Virus record (IMG/VR): IMGVR_UViG_3300037245_001434
Direction: 5' to 3' (one strand)
Length of the DNA: 64,000 nt
Origin: an uncultured virus (IMG/VR IMGVR_UViG_3300037245_001434)
Taxonomy: Duplodnaviria > Heunggongvirae > Uroviricota > Caudoviricetes
The notes below the pieces were generated by a model. That model ran no database searches. It was not told the DNA's origin and saw only the letters and a program-made list of their open reading frames with translations. The position numbers and the translations under genes were made by a program. Every line of letters begins with the position of its first letter. Within the stretch, counting starts at the first letter, position 1. Of the stretch, positions 28,237-39,496 are shown piece after piece.

Positions 28237-30371
28237 TCAGGTAGCCGACCTTACCGGTGACGATTTAACAAACTCAGTGCATTTGCAGTTAAAGAACCCA
28301 TAATTATTGGCATCTACATCACTCCACTCATCGGGGGCTTTAAACTCCATCTTCTTTTTCTTTTTACATGGGTTGTAATTTTCACCTGCATTTTCTTTTG
28401 CCGCAAAAAACAGGCAGTCATCACACCAATGATCTGACTTCGTAGCTTCAGCAGAATCAAACCTCTTTCCAATCTCATCAAGAAGCTCAGTTGTTGTGTA
28501 TTTTTCTAGGCCCATGATAGCTAATCTCCTGATCTAGCAGCCTGTTTAAGAGTCTCTCTCATCTCATTGACGCTCAATGCTTTGATCTGCTTCTGCCTCT
28601 TATGCTCGTCAATCATGGCCTGTTTTAGCTCCTTGGTTGAGCTGGGACCATGCCTTTTTTCCATTGCTGCAAGTAAATTTTGCCTTTCGTATTTCTTCAT
28701 TCTAAGCATGGTTATAGCTAGGCTTAAAACTCTATGTTCTTCGCATGGCCCTGGATCTATTGTTGATCCGCCTCTAAGTAGCACTTAGCGCCCTCTCTTT
28801 GGCAATATGATCCCAAGCGGCAACCTCAAGCATCTCAACGCACTCGGGGTGTAGGTGTGGGAACCAATCATTTCCGTCTAATGTTACCTGGGTTATATCG
28901 AGGCTTTCGCTGATTCCCTCCTCAAAAGCTGTTTCCTCTTGTCCTGGGTAGAACTCAAATTCAACATCTACCTTGATGTCGCCTATCGTCGCCTCGAATG
29001 TGCTGCTCATAATTCTCTGCCCAATAGTCGCCTAAATTCTCTCTGAGTTTTTGTACTGAGAACCTCACCAGACTCACACCTATCAACAAACTTATTCATT
29101 GAAGCTTCAAGCCTTTCTATCCTGGCCTGCATTAGTGACATCCTACGGTGCGCCTCTGCCATGTCTTTTGCTCTTCTCATCACTCTCTCCATTATTTATT
29201 TAGGCTGCTGGTAGTTCTTAGTCTCCAATACTCTGCCAAGTCCAATAACAAAGTACATTTTTTCAGAGTCAATAGGCTCGCTGTTATTAGGCGTGACGTG
29301 GCATCCTTGAATGATTGATGTTCCCTTAAACTCACACCGCATGAATGGCCCATGAGATCCGTAACCATTGGTAAAATGCACCTCATCAAAGCTTCTGCAT
29401 GCGCCTTTATTAATTAGCCTTGATATCCAATGATCCTTGTATTCTCGATACTCGAACCGCTTCTCACCACTAGCGATTAGATCAAACCATTCTCTCTTTA
29501 GAGTTAGCTTTAAGTTCATCTTCTCTCTCCTGGTATTGTGTTAAGTGTCATACAGTAAGCTCGCTTTCAAGCTCATCAATAGTGCTTTGCAGTTCGATCT
29601 GGTTTGTCTCGGCATTGGTTAACTCGTCCTCTAGCTGAGAAACGCTATCTATCACTTCATCAATATCATTCACATAATGCTCATACTCATTAACTACGTC
29701 TCGCAATGTCTCCATTAAAGCATCGTCAACACAATTATCTAGTAGCTCCATTGTATTCTTCATTTCTTCCAATGCTTTCTCAAAGTCTGCTCTGTTTGAT
29801 TCTAAACTCATCTCATTTCTCCACTTCATCATATCCAACTGGAACTAAAAGCACTCGACAACCGCTATCACACATCTTGTCAATTATTTGCCTAGCTGTG
29901 TAATTCTCAATAGCATTACTTAGCAGTGGGCTAGATAGCTCTTGAACAACTTTCGCTGCTAACGAATCTTTTGCACGAAGTTCTTGCGCTTCTCTTTGTG
30001 TGTATCCAGCGGGTGAGCTACGGTTAAAATCACCAACATTCGCAATCTCTCTGCCATCTTCAGCCACGAATACAGCAACTACGCCCTGTGGGTCTTTTGT
30101 AAGTTTAGTCATTTCTATTTCCTGTAAGAATTCCAAGTAAATGGGATAACTGGCCCGCCGCCTTTCTTTATTTCTTCTTTGCTCTGCTGCTCTTGGTTAC
30201 AAAGTCAAGCATCGTTATATTGTGCACCCATAACATAGGCTCAACGTACTTATCAAAATCTGCTTTTGTGACCTCTAATCGCCCGTAGGCGCAATGACGA
30301 AACAGATGTTCATCACTAATTGGCCTTACCCATATCCTCTTATCAGCCCCTCTACTTGTTTCAAGTCTCAT
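28237..30371 (-). other. leftward hypothetical gene cluster downstream of the replication genes
   Basis: Translationally coupled small ORFs. Confidence 0.55.
29196..29519 (-). CDS. ASCH/PUA-like domain protein
   Basis: LTLKREWFDLIASGEKRFEYRE..HWISRL..FTNGY. Confidence 0.8.
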   Translation of the reverse strand: MNLKLTLKREWFDLIASGEKRFEYREYKDHWISRLINKGACRSFDEVHFTNGYGSHGPFMRCEFKGTSIIQGCHVTPNNSEPIDSEKMYFVIGLGRVLETKNYQQPK

Positions 30372-31054
30372 TACGCTCTCCCCATGCTTTTCTTTAAATC
30401 AGCTAAGAATTTCCGACCAAATTCAGAGCTACTAATTTTCTCTTCCTGCTCTTTGGTTGGGCCTGTTAGTTTTCTGGCATCTTCTTTTTTGCATTCAATC
30501 AATAGATCCTTATTTTTAGTTGCAGTAGCGAGCGCCTTATATGAGTCGTAGTCGGTCCGGCTCTTTACGTAGTTAACTAACAGCCTGCCATCTACAGCGG
30601 CTTCGATCAGCACAGAATCGCGACCATCTTTATCGTGTCCTAGTGATGCCGTCCAATCTGTTGGTACGCCACTCTCTCGACTTTCGTCAACAAGCCGTTG
30701 GTATTCGCGCTTAAATGATATCTGCGCCCCTACGACGTCTTTAGTGCAGTACTGCTCCCAAGCTACCGACCACGCCCCAAGCATCTCCTGAGTGACTACA
30801 GCGGTCTCTGATTCATCTTTTGGCATGGTTGCCCACGCAACATCTACAGAAGGGCGACCATCTTCAGCTTGAATATATTCTTCAACAACGCTAATCGAAA
30901 ATCGAACCCGCTTTTTTCTCATCTTCCTTAGGGCTCGATCGACATCATTGATATTGTAGGCCGATAAATCTTCAGCCATTAACGCTATGCCTTCAGGGTT
31001 CATCTGCTGGCCCATTGCGTATGCTGTAGCTGTTAGTTTTTCAATAAGTGTCAT
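30371..31054 (-). CDS. putative helicase loader/replication protein
   Basis: Follows the initiator; DGRPSVDVAWA and SLGHD motifs. Confidence 0.55.
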   Translation of the reverse strand: MTLIEKLTATAYAMGQQMNPEGIALMAEDLSAYNINDVDRALRKMRKKRVRFSISVVEEYIQAEDGRPSVDVAWATMPKDESETAVVTQEMLGAWSVAWEQYCTKDVVGAQISFKREYQRLVDESRESGVPTDWTASLGHDKDGRDSVLIEAAVDGRLLVNYVKSRTDYDSYKALATATKNKDLLIECKKEDARKLTGPTKEQEEKISSSEFGRKFLADLKKSMGRA

Positions 31055-31890
31055 CTACCTTGCCTCTCATCAAGAATTCTTTGTGCTTCAATTGCTGTAT
31101 TAGATACGCTCTGTCTCTCGTCTACCTGCTGAGCTGTTTGGCGCGTCATCTGCTTATTTGTTGCCCACTCGGTTCGTAGTTTTTCAGCATCGCTTAACAT
31201 AATTCCAATCGGGTGCATTTTATTCACGTAAAAAGAATTGTTATGCGAGACATAAAAAGCTGCAATGTGAGGAGCCTCATCTATTGGCACCCGCTTAATG
31301 AAATTAGAGAGCTGACCATTAACCGTCGCATTGCGCACCGGCTCGATGTTGTAGCGTCGGTAGTAGGCATCTGAGTATGATTGCCAAACAAATGTAGATG
31401 GTGCGGGCTCTTTTTTCTTTCGTGGCTTAGTCGGAGACTTAGCCGCAACTGTTTCTGTAGGTGGAGTTGAAGAAGAAGAGGAAGACTGAAGTTGAAGAGC
31501 TATAATTCCGTCATTGGGGTTGCTATTAGCATCGCCAATAGGGTCGCTATTAGGCTTGCTATCTTTAGCCCATCTTTTCTTTGCACCCTCTCGCCCTGCT
31601 TCAGCTTGTTTATCGCGGTACGCCTGTTGTTGCTGCCTAGTTTCCTCTAAACGTGGATTACGACGACGACCATCTTCATCAACTGGGAACTTATGCTTTA
31701 ATTCATCCCACACACTAACGACCCCTATGGCAACCCCATTAGCAAGCCTATTAGGGTCGCTATGTAGAGAGCCATTTACCCACTGATGAGATAGCAATCT
31801 TATATATACACCAACCTCCTGATCGGTCATTTCTGCCGTGTCAGTTAAGAAGTCAGCTGCATAGAACTGGAATGCAGGCGATTTAGCCAT
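31051..31890 (-). CDS. replication initiator (DUF1376/YdaU-like)
   Basis: KSPAFQFYAADFL..EVGVYIRLL..QW..GREGAKKRW. Confidence 0.8.
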   Translation of the reverse strand: MAKSPAFQFYAADFLTDTAEMTDQEVGVYIRLLSHQWVNGSLHSDPNRLANGVAIGVVSVWDELKHKFPVDEDGRRRNPRLEETRQQQQAYRDKQAEAGREGAKKRWAKDSKPNSDPIGDANSNPNDGIIALQLQSSSSSSTPPTETVAAKSPTKPRKKKEPAPSTFVWQSYSDAYYRRYNIEPVRNATVNGQLSNFIKRVPIDEAPHIAAFYVSHNNSFYVNKMHPIGIMLSDAEKLRTEWATNKQMTRQTAQQVDERQSVSNTAIEAQRILDERQGR

Positions 31891-31892
31891 AG

Positions 31893-32090
31893 CTACTCAC
31901 CCTTTGCTATGAACTCACTCGGAGTGAGAGAAAATAGCTCAGCCAGCTTTTCAACGTGTATCAACCCCTTGTTAGGGTGATTGGTGATCGTACTTGTATG
32001 CGTCATATTGATGCCAAGAGCACTAGATACATCAGCCCTTGTTAATGACTTTTCAACCATGCATATCTTTATCGACTTACCTATATTCAT
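31893..32090 (-). CDS. XRE/Cro-like HTH regulator
   Basis: MNIGKSIK..LTRADVS..LG..EKLAELF..SEFI. Confidence 0.7.
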   Translation of the reverse strand: MNIGKSIKICMVEKSLTRADVSSALGINMTHTSTITNHPNKGLIHVEKLAELFSLTPSEFIAKGE

Positions 32091-32243
32091 TTCTATATCC
32101 TGATATTCGTATTGTTGCTAGATATTGTAGCCACTTTTAATGTCATGTCAATGTATTTCACTTTCTGCGAAATAAGGCGTTGACTAGGCTTTATTTTTAG
32201 ACAATACTCTGTCCATAGATTTTGATTTGTAGGGCGGGTAGAG

Positions 32244-32630
32244 ATGAACGACTTAGAGTACAAAATACATGTTGCGCTGGTTGAATACGTGACTCTCAAA
32301 TATCCTAACGTCGATCACAGAAGTGACTTAGGCGGCATAAGGCTACCTATGGGGCTTGCTATTAAGGTAAAGCGGCTAAATGGACATACAAAATCATGGC
32401 CTGACTATTTCATAGCGCAGCCAACAGGAAGATATTGCGGTCTGTTTATCGAGATTAAAAAGGATCGTAACGCAGCATATAAAAAAGACGGCCTATTAAG
32501 AGAAAGCGAACACATAACAGAGCAGCATTGGCAGCTAGTTAAGCTCAGAGAGAAGGGCTACAAGGCTGTATTTGGATGCGGTCTTGATGAATGTATGGCC
32601 ATTGTGGATGAGTACCTAAATCGAATTTAA
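32244..32630 (+). CDS. VRR-NUC family nuclease
   Basis: WPDYFI..GLFIEIK..EQ..LREKGYKAV. Confidence 0.75.
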   Translation: MNDLEYKIHVALVEYVTLKYPNVDHRSDLGGIRLPMGLAIKVKRLNGHTKSWPDYFIAQPTGRYCGLFIEIKKDRNAAYKKDGLLRESEHITEQHWQLVKLREKGYKAVFGCGLDECMAIVDEYLNRI

Positions 32631-32660
32631 CACCAACCTAAACCAAAGAGTGAGTTTATT

Positions 32661-32963
32661 ATGAAAGAATATGACGTACATATTGTAATCCCAATTGATG
32701 GAATGGGATCGGTGACAGGCTTCTGCTCTGAACCTGGGGATAGATTATCCTCTTATTGTTATGAAAATTACCTACCAGTCGGCGTCATCAAGAACGCCCA
32801 TCTTCATGTTGAGAAAGTAGATGATACTGAAGCCAAAAACATTGCCGTAAAATCACTAAAGGAGAAGATGAAAAGCACCAGAGCAGAGGCTGAGGCTTCA
32901 TGCCAGCTAATGGAAGAGCGTATTCAGTCTCTACTGGCTATTGGTCATGATGGAGGTGAGTGA
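32661..32963 (+). CDS. hypothetical protein
   Basis: ORF within the operon; ERIQSLLAIGH end. Confidence 0.55.
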   Translation: MKEYDVHIVIPIDGMGSVTGFCSEPGDRLSSYCYENYLPVGVIKNAHLHVEKVDDTEAKNIAVKSLKEKMKSTRAEAEASCQLMEERIQSLLAIGHDGGE

Positions 32964-33862
32964 TGGGCGATAAGCAAATACACATTGATCTCCTAAAAAA
33001 ACTAAGAGACCCATTCCCTCCTGAAGATGTTGAGTGGAGGGTTCAGTCATGCGGCATAAGTGGCACCCGGGCGTGGGTGATGGTAATTCCATACATCACT
33101 AATAGGGCCATCCAAAACCGTCTTGATGAGGTTTTCCCGTTTGCCTGGGAGAATGTGCAGAGACAAACAGCCGATGGTAAAGGCTACTTATGCGGAATAA
33201 CTATTCACATCGACGGTAAGGAGCTTACCAGATGGGATGGCGCAGAGTTCACTAACATAGAAGCTCTGAAGGGGGCGCTATCAAATGCAATGAAAAGGGC
33301 CGGGGCGCAATGGGGAATTGGCCGCTACCTATACAACATGGATGAGGCGTTCGCTGTTTGCGCGAAAAAAGAGAAAAGAAATGCTTGTATAGCAAATGCA
33401 GCAAAAACCAAAGAAAACGAGTGGATAGACTGGGAGACCCCTCCTCTACCAAAGTGGGCGCTTCCTTCTATCGGCCCTGGCCATTTCAAGGAGGCAATGG
33501 CAACCACCACCGATATGGAGCAATTGAAAGAGGCGTTTGAGAATGCCTGCAAATACTGCAAAACATCCGGTACAGATGAGATGCTTAAAGACTTCACTGC
33601 CGAGAAGGACAAGGAAGTTGATCGGATCACGAAACTACTAGAAAGCCAGAAAGAGGTTAACCTTGCCGCAGTAACAAAGTGGTTAAATAGAGAGGTATCT
33701 AACTTTGCAAGAGTCTCTAATGTTCCGGCAATTGATAGCGTTTATAAAACAATAAAAACATCTCTTACTTTGAAGTGCAAAGGGCAGGCGTTTGAAAGCG
33801 AGCCTCTGCATGCGCTTCTCAATGAATCATACACTAATCGTAAAAACGAGCTAGGGAGCTAG
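32960..33862 (+). CDS. Rad52/Sak-like single-strand annealing protein
   Basis: PFPPEDVEWR, YITNRAIQNRLDEV and KGALSNAMKRAGAQWGIGRYLY motifs. Confidence 0.85.
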   Translation: MMGDKQIHIDLLKKLRDPFPPEDVEWRVQSCGISGTRAWVMVIPYITNRAIQNRLDEVFPFAWENVQRQTADGKGYLCGITIHIDGKELTRWDGAEFTNIEALKGALSNAMKRAGAQWGIGRYLYNMDEAFAVCAKKEKRNACIANAAKTKENEWIDWETPPLPKWALPSIGPGHFKEAMATTTDMEQLKEAFENACKYCKTSGTDEMLKDFTAEKDKEVDRITKLLESQKEVNLAAVTKWLNREVSNFARVSNVPAIDSVYKTIKTSLTLKCKGQAFESEPLHALLNESYTNRKNELGS

Positions 33863-33864
33863 AC

Positions 33865-34947
33865 ATGAGCAACGGCCAGAAAAAACCATCATCAATTAAA
33901 GAATATGACGCTATTGAAGCAGGCATTAGTAAACTGAAAGAGACTTATCCAACAGTGCCAGACTGCCAATCTACAAGCGGCCTAGAGCTTTGCAAGGCAA
34001 GCTATCGCAACATAAGAAAGATAGAGACCACTATTGAGAAAAAACGAAAAGATATCAATGAGGAGTCGCAAGCGAAAATCAAACTTGTTAATAGTGAGGC
34101 AAAGCGGGTTACGGCATTGGTTCAAGGCGTAAGTGGCCCATTCAAGATAGCTAGAGATGAGCGCCTGGAAGAGATTGAGCTTGAAGAAGAGAAGCGTGTC
34201 GCCGGCATTAGAGAGGAGATAGACGGGCTAAAGGTTTTTGTCAGTGATGGACATCAAGCTGACTCTGAAGGTGTGTCAGGTCTTATTGAGGCCGTAAAGC
34301 TTATTGACTGCTCAGAGAGCTTCGCTGAATTCACTCAGGAGGCTGTCAGGACTCAGAAAGAAGTGCTTGAGCAGCTTGGTAACATCCTTCAGTCAAAGCT
34401 TACAGCAGAGGCAGCAGAGCGCGATAGAGTGGCTGCTGAAGAGCGCCAACGTGACATTGATATTCAAGAGAAGATTAATAATATCCGCATGATCTCGGCA
34501 GACTGTTTTGATATGTCATCTGCTGAGATTAAAGAGAAGCATGATGAACTTACCACGAAGGTAGTTGGCACAACAGAGTTTGGTAATCGCGGCAATGAGG
34601 CTGAGGCCGCTATAGTTGTGGAATTAGAGCGACTTAACACCATGATAGGTCGAGCAAAGCAGATTGAGGAGGTGGAAGCCGAAAAGCTACGTAAGGAAGA
34701 AGAGGCGGAGAAGACCACTCAGGAAGAGGCTACGCTTACTGCTGCTGAAGTTATTGAGACACCAGCACCTGTGTATGTAGCGAAATCCGCTCCAGTTTCT
34801 TCTGTTTCGATTGCTAGCCAAGAGAAGCCGAGTGATGACCTCTATGATCAGGTAGCAACATGGGCAAATAAGCATGGCGTTTCGCTTAAGGCTACAAATG
34901 AGCTTAACGCTATTTTTGATCGATACATATTCACGCTCAAGGAGTAA
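33865..34947 (+). CDS. coiled-coil protein of the recombination module
   Basis: IEKKRKDI..VNSEAKRV heptads; next to the annealing protein. Confidence 0.55.
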   Translation: MSNGQKKPSSIKEYDAIEAGISKLKETYPTVPDCQSTSGLELCKASYRNIRKIETTIEKKRKDINEESQAKIKLVNSEAKRVTALVQGVSGPFKIARDERLEEIELEEEKRVAGIREEIDGLKVFVSDGHQADSEGVSGLIEAVKLIDCSESFAEFTQEAVRTQKEVLEQLGNILQSKLTAEAAERDRVAAEERQRDIDIQEKINNIRMISADCFDMSSAEIKEKHDELTTKVVGTTEFGNRGNEAEAAIVVELERLNTMIGRAKQIEEVEAEKLRKEEEAEKTTQEEATLTAAEVIETPAPVYVAKSAPVSSVSIASQEKPSDDLYDQVATWANKHGVSLKATNELNAIFDRYIFTLKE

Positions 34948-35258
34948 TGTATGTCAAACCTAATAGACAGCTATCGTATTTTGTCTTTGATCATAACTGG
35001 CATTGTGATCATTTTCTTTGGGCCGATAACTAGAGGCATATTTGCGGCGTTAGGCTGGCAATAACTCAAGGGGTAAATTATGCAAAGGAAGAAACTAACC
35101 GACGCGCAGAAGGCGGTATTTAGCAGCATTATTGCGCCAGAAGATCAAGGTAGATTCCCAAAAGAGACGACTCCTGAGATGGTAGCAAAGGGAGATAAGA
35201 GGCGAGGAGTTGAGATTGCTATTGAAGAGAAAAAGTCACGTGATGAGTGGGATTTGCT

Positions 35259-35696
35259 GTGAAGATCACATTCACAAAGCAATTAGGCGGCGCTCTTATT
35301 CCTGCATCAGAAGTCGAGGCGGGCCGAATGGATCGCTTTAAGAGTGGCGAGATATATGAGATTGATATCAAGCTGACTCGCAACCCGTCTTTTCACGGCA
35401 AGGTTTTTGAATTCTTCACATTTTGCTTCAATTACTGGAGGTCAGATAGAGAATTTATGGATGATCCTGCTCAGTTTGATGTGTTCAGAAAGCACATGAC
35501 CGTACTAGCTGGATATTACGATGAGTTTTACACCATAGATGGAACTGTAAGGGTTGAGGCTAAATCAATCTCATATGCCAATATGGATCAGGCTGACTTT
35601 GAGGCTTTGTATTCGGCGTTGATTAATGTTGCGTTGGCTAAAATCTTTGTAGGTGCCGATGAAAATATTGAAGCGCAATTGTTGAGCTTCTTTTAA
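35259..35696 (+). CDS. DUF1367/NinB-like protein
   Basis: RNPSFHGKVF, FDVFRK..TVLAGY and AKSISYANMDQADF motifs. Confidence 0.8.
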   Translation: MKITFTKQLGGALIPASEVEAGRMDRFKSGEIYEIDIKLTRNPSFHGKVFEFFTFCFNYWRSDREFMDDPAQFDVFRKHMTVLAGYYDEFYTIDGTVRVEAKSISYANMDQADFEALYSALINVALAKIFVGADENIEAQLLSFF

Positions 35697-35998
35697 TGAG
35701 CGCAATCACGGCATCAGCAAAAGGCCAGCCATGCGTTAGATGTGGCCGAGAAGACGGCACCACATGCGCTAGGCATTATAACGGTTTACGTCAACACCAG
35801 TACGGCAAGGGTCGAAGCGTAAAGGGCCATGATATGGGTAGTGCTGAACTATGCGATACGTGTGAGCCTGATTTCTCAGAGGGAGTGAATATATTTGATG
35901 ATGAAAGAGCTGGAAAATCAATCGAGAGGTCAGAGGAGTTTCTGCACCTTATCATGCTAACCAATATCGCTAGATTTGAACGAGGTGATTTAAAATGA
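35696..35998 (+). CDS. DUF1364/YbcO-like nuclease
   Basis: SAKGQPCVRC..H..KGHD..CDTC. Confidence 0.65.
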   Translation: MSAITASAKGQPCVRCGREDGTTCARHYNGLRQHQYGKGRSVKGHDMGSAELCDTCEPDFSEGVNIFDDERAGKSIERSEEFLHLIMLTNIARFERGDLK

Positions 35999-36307
35999 AA
36001 GCAATACACTATTCCGGCCCTGGATGCGGAGGAATGTTGCCAGGGTGGCCGGTTTGCGGGTCTGGTGACTTCGCTTACAAGGTAGTCGACGATGGAAATC
36101 ACACCCACTTAATTGGTGCTGTGACGTGTAAAAAATGCCTGAAGAAAATGGATAAATTTAACTTACTTACTGAGCAAGGGTCTAACTCTCCCTAGGTGTG
36201 ATTGGCCATCATGCTCATTCGGCCCGTGTTGATCGCCCCTCATAATTGGTTAGTCGCCATGAGGGGTTGGTCGGCTCGTTAATATAGAAATTAATTGCTA
36301 TTAACTG

Positions 36308-36335
36308 TTGACGAATAGAAATATACTGCTATAAT
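36308..36335 (+). promoter_or_regulatory. sigma70 promoter TTGACG-N16-TATAAT (extended -10)
   Basis: Direct consensus match. Confidence 0.7.
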
Positions 36336-36934
36336 TAACTCAACATCAACGCAAACAGAGAGCAAGCAAATGAGCACATTCAACGCAACCAAAGTAGCCG
36401 CCTTCATCTCTTCACAGACTTACACTCAGTACGATTACCAAGTTCGCGGATTAGTTGCTACTCATTTCGGTATTACCCTGATCACTGCTGCTCGCTGGGT
36501 GGAGCGCGTTACTCAGGCTGGGATGGTTCGTGCCAGCGGCAAAGTGGCCTTGTCGGTAGCTTAAATAATGTGGGAATGCCTGTGGGCGAACAGGAGGTGG
36601 CGGAACCAGGAGGGAATGGTAATAGAGCGGAGATGGCAGCTTATAGCTGAGGCCAAAGAAAATTACTTCTTCTGCTACAGATCAGCTGATGACTTCCATG
36701 CTGGCAATAACTTCACAACTAAATCAACGCTAAGAGAAGCAAAGAAGGTGTTTGAATGCACGACTTTACAAGGCAAGCAAAAGCCAAAGGCTGGACAAAT
36801 AAAGCCATAGGCCATAGATGGGGAGGCTTAACAGGGCGGCAGATGAGCAATATATCGGCCAACCCAAAACAAAAAGACTGGGACGCTCTCAGCGGCCTTC
36901 CTAATCTTAGTAAATTAATCAATAGGGCATAACT

Positions 36935-37855
36935 ATGTTTTTCAAGAATCTACGTTTGTACCAATTAACCAGTGAGTTCTCGCTAACAGGTGAGGAGCTT
37001 CACGACAAGCTGCTTGAGCGGGAATTTAAACCGTGTGGCAGTCACTCGCCAAATAGCTTTGGCTGGTCTCAGCCGCTCGGCAGTGATGCTAAGTTACTAA
37101 CCCACACCGCTAACATCTGCATCATGATTTGTGCGTGCCAGGAACAGAAGATTTTACCTGCTTCGGTTATCAATGAATATTTGCAGGATAAAGTGTCAGC
37201 TATTGAGGGCGTTGAAGGTAGAAAAATTCGAGGCAAAGAAAAGGCCCGAATGAAGGATGAGATTATTTTTGAGCTACTACCGCAGGCATTCTCTAAGATC
37301 GTCAAGACCTACGCCTATATCGATGTAAAAAACGGCTGGTTAATCGTTGATTCTCCATCAGCGAATCGCGCTGAAGAGTTGATTTGTCTACTTCGTGAAT
37401 CGCTGGGTAGTTTTCCAGTAGTGCCGGCATTAACTAACCGCAATCCTGTTGAGGTGCTGACCAAGTGGATGACTGGCGATGAGAATCACGAAGGCTTCAC
37501 CATTCAAGGTGATTGTGAATTGCGTGACTACTACGACACTGAAGGAAGCGTTATTCGCTGCAAGGGGCAAGACCTATCATCAACCGAAGTCATCGCGCAT
37601 ATAAGCGCCGGAATGACAGTAGCGAAGCTTACGATTGAGCTAAACGAGCGAATCAGCTTCAATCTATGTGATGATTTCTCAATTAAGCAACTCAAGTTCC
37701 TTGATATGGTTCAGGAGGAAGTGGCTGATATTGAATCTGACGATCACGCTTCTCGATTTGATGCCGATTTCTCAATAATGAGCCTTGAGCTTGAACGGCT
37801 TATTTCTCGGCTGTTTGAGATTTTTGGTGGCACCCTTAATGAGCAGAAGGAATAA
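36935..37855 (+). CDS. rdgC: recombination-associated protein RdgC
   Basis: MFFKNLRLYQL, EQKILPASVI, ELLPQAF, LLRESLGS and FDADF motifs. Confidence 0.92.
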   Translation: MFFKNLRLYQLTSEFSLTGEELHDKLLEREFKPCGSHSPNSFGWSQPLGSDAKLLTHTANICIMICACQEQKILPASVINEYLQDKVSAIEGVEGRKIRGKEKARMKDEIIFELLPQAFSKIVKTYAYIDVKNGWLIVDSPSANRAEELICLLRESLGSFPVVPALTNRNPVEVLTKWMTGDENHEGFTIQGDCELRDYYDTEGSVIRCKGQDLSSTEVIAHISAGMTVAKLTIELNERISFNLCDDFSIKQLKFLDMVQEEVADIESDDHASRFDADFSIMSLELERLISRLFEIFGGTLNEQKE

Positions 37856-37857
37856 AA

Positions 37858-38121
37858 ATGGCGCATCATGATTTAAAGACAGACCCAGAAGTGTTTCAAG
37901 CTTCAGCAGATGGAGTTAAGAATTTTGAGATACGGTTTAATGACAGGGATTACCGCCCCGGTGATGAACTTACTTTGCACGAAACAGAGTATAGCGGCAA
38001 AGAAATGAAAGATGGAAAGCCGCTGATTTACACTGGTCGCTCCGTTAAATGCGAGGTTGATTACGTGCTGCACGGTGGCAATTATGGATTAGAAAAAGGA
38101 TGGGTAATCCTTTCCGTTTAA
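37858..38121 (+). CDS. DUF3850/ASCH domain protein
   Basis: HDLKT..F....DGVKNFEIRFNDRDY..GD. Confidence 0.85.
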   Translation: MAHHDLKTDPEVFQASADGVKNFEIRFNDRDYRPGDELTLHETEYSGKEMKDGKPLIYTGRSVKCEVDYVLHGGNYGLEKGWVILSV

Positions 38122-38218
38122 CACTAAAAACGCTTGGTTGGCGTTCTCAGCAGGCTGAGTTAATTAGCGTCATGGCCTGGAATGTGGCGCTTACCCTTTA
38201 AGAAAACAGGTTTCTACA

Positions 38219-38446
38219 ATGGCAAAAAGTATTGAAGCAATAATAAGTGAGTATCTTGGCGTAAAGATGGAAGAGGTCACGCCGGACGCTCATATTTTTG
38301 ATGATCTTGGGGCGGACTCACTAGATCATGTCGAAATAGTTATGGCTATCGAGGAGGAATATTCAATAGAAATACCTGATGATGATTGTGAGAAGTGGAA
38401 AACAGTTCAGGATATTACTGCCACGGTAGAGAGGCTCAAAAAATGA
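38219..38446 (+). CDS. acpP: acyl carrier protein
   Basis: [21 protein letters not shown] with the phosphopantetheine Ser motif. Confidence 0.9.
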   Translation: MAKSIEAIISEYLGVKMEEVTPDAHIFDDLGADSLDHVEIVMAIEEEYSIEIPDDDCEKWKTVQDITATVERLKK

Positions 38447-38688
38447 ATAAAACACTAGCCGATAGATTGCGTCGCAGAAGGCGAGAGTGCGGGGTCACGC
38501 AGGCTCAACTTGCTGCAAAAGCCTGCACATCACAAGGCGTAATAGCAAAGATTGAAAACGGTAAATCTAAGTTACCACGCATTATCGAGGAAATAGCTAA
38601 AGTGCTGGGAGTTAATCCAGGCTGGTTAATGTTTGGGCCAAAGAGTGCACCGAAGATCGTTCCTGAGTCGCCTTTTCCAGAAGACTAA
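38443..38688 (+). CDS. XRE family HTH regulator
   Basis: [33 protein letters not shown]. Confidence 0.85.
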   Translation: MNKTLADRLRRRRRECGVTQAQLAAKACTSQGVIAKIENGKSKLPRIIEEIAKVLGVNPGWLMFGPKSAPKIVPESPFPED

Positions 38689-38855
38689 AGCGCCTAAGTA
38701 ATGGTCGATCTACACCTATGCAATACCTGTGAAAATCAATCAGGGTATAACGTCGAGCATCCAGCCATTTGCTCCACCCTGGTAGTGGTTAGAGTCAAGC
38801 CTAATCCAGCTACTTCTGATGGGTGCGAATGTAGGCAGGTAGTGATTTGTCTCGG

Positions 38856-38942
38856 GTATAACGATTTGAATAACCAGCGGCATACTAAAGGTTAAATAGA
38901 GGCGGTAAGTTTGCACCGTCTGCGTTAATTACCTTGTTATAC
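38856..38942 (-). repeat. attC site (array 2, third)
   Basis: Minus strand GTATAACAAGG..AACGCAGACGG...CCGCTGGTT..CGTTATAC. Confidence 0.8.
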
Positions 38943-38968
38943 ATGCACTTACTTTAGAGGTTAAGTTA

Positions 38969-39496
38969 ATGACAAAGAAGTACCAGATAATATATGCCGA
39001 CCCCCCGTGGCGATATAGTTTTAGCAAAAGCAACTCACGGAAGATAGAAAATCAATACCCCACAATGACCCAAAAGGAGCTATGCGCCCTAAGTGTTCCA
39101 GCAGACGACAATAGCGCTCTCTACTTATGGACTACCGCCCCAAAGCTTTTAGAGGGGCTGGAGGTAATGAAGGCGTGGGGGTTTACTTATAAATCACAAG
39201 CGGTATGGGACAAGAAGAGAATAGGGATGGGCTACTGGTTTAGAGGGCAGCACGAAATTCTGTTAGTTGGCACCAAAGGTAAGTTTAGCCCCCCAGAGCA
39301 AAAGGACAGGCGCAGCAGTGTTTTTGAGTTTACAAGAGGCCAGCACAGCAAGAAGCCGGACGAGGTGCGCGATTTAGTAAAGGCGTGGTTCCCAGATGCA
39401 AACAGAGTTGAGCTATTTTGCCGATACCCCGCCGAAGGCTGGGACGTATGGGGTAACGAAGTTGAATGCACCGCCGAATTACACTGTGCTGTATAA
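38969..39496 (+). CDS. MT-A70 family adenine methyltransferase (second copy)
   Basis: IYADPPW, LYLWTT, GMGYWFRGQHE, HSKKP and VELFCR motifs; stop in attC core. Confidence 0.9.
   Translation: MTKKYQIIYADPPWRYSFSKSNSRKIENQYPTMTQKELCALSVPADDNSALYLWTTAPKLLEGLEVMKAWGFTYKSQAVWDKKRIGMGYWFRGQHEILLVGTKGKFSPPEQKDRRSSVFEFTRGQHSKKPDEVRDLVKAWFPDANRVELFCRYPAEGWDVWGNEVECTAELHCAV

Noticed and set aside
36935..37855. RdgC (or the Sak-like protein) as the cassette recombinase
   Set aside because: Neither has the tyrosine recombinase R-H-R-Y catalytic signature
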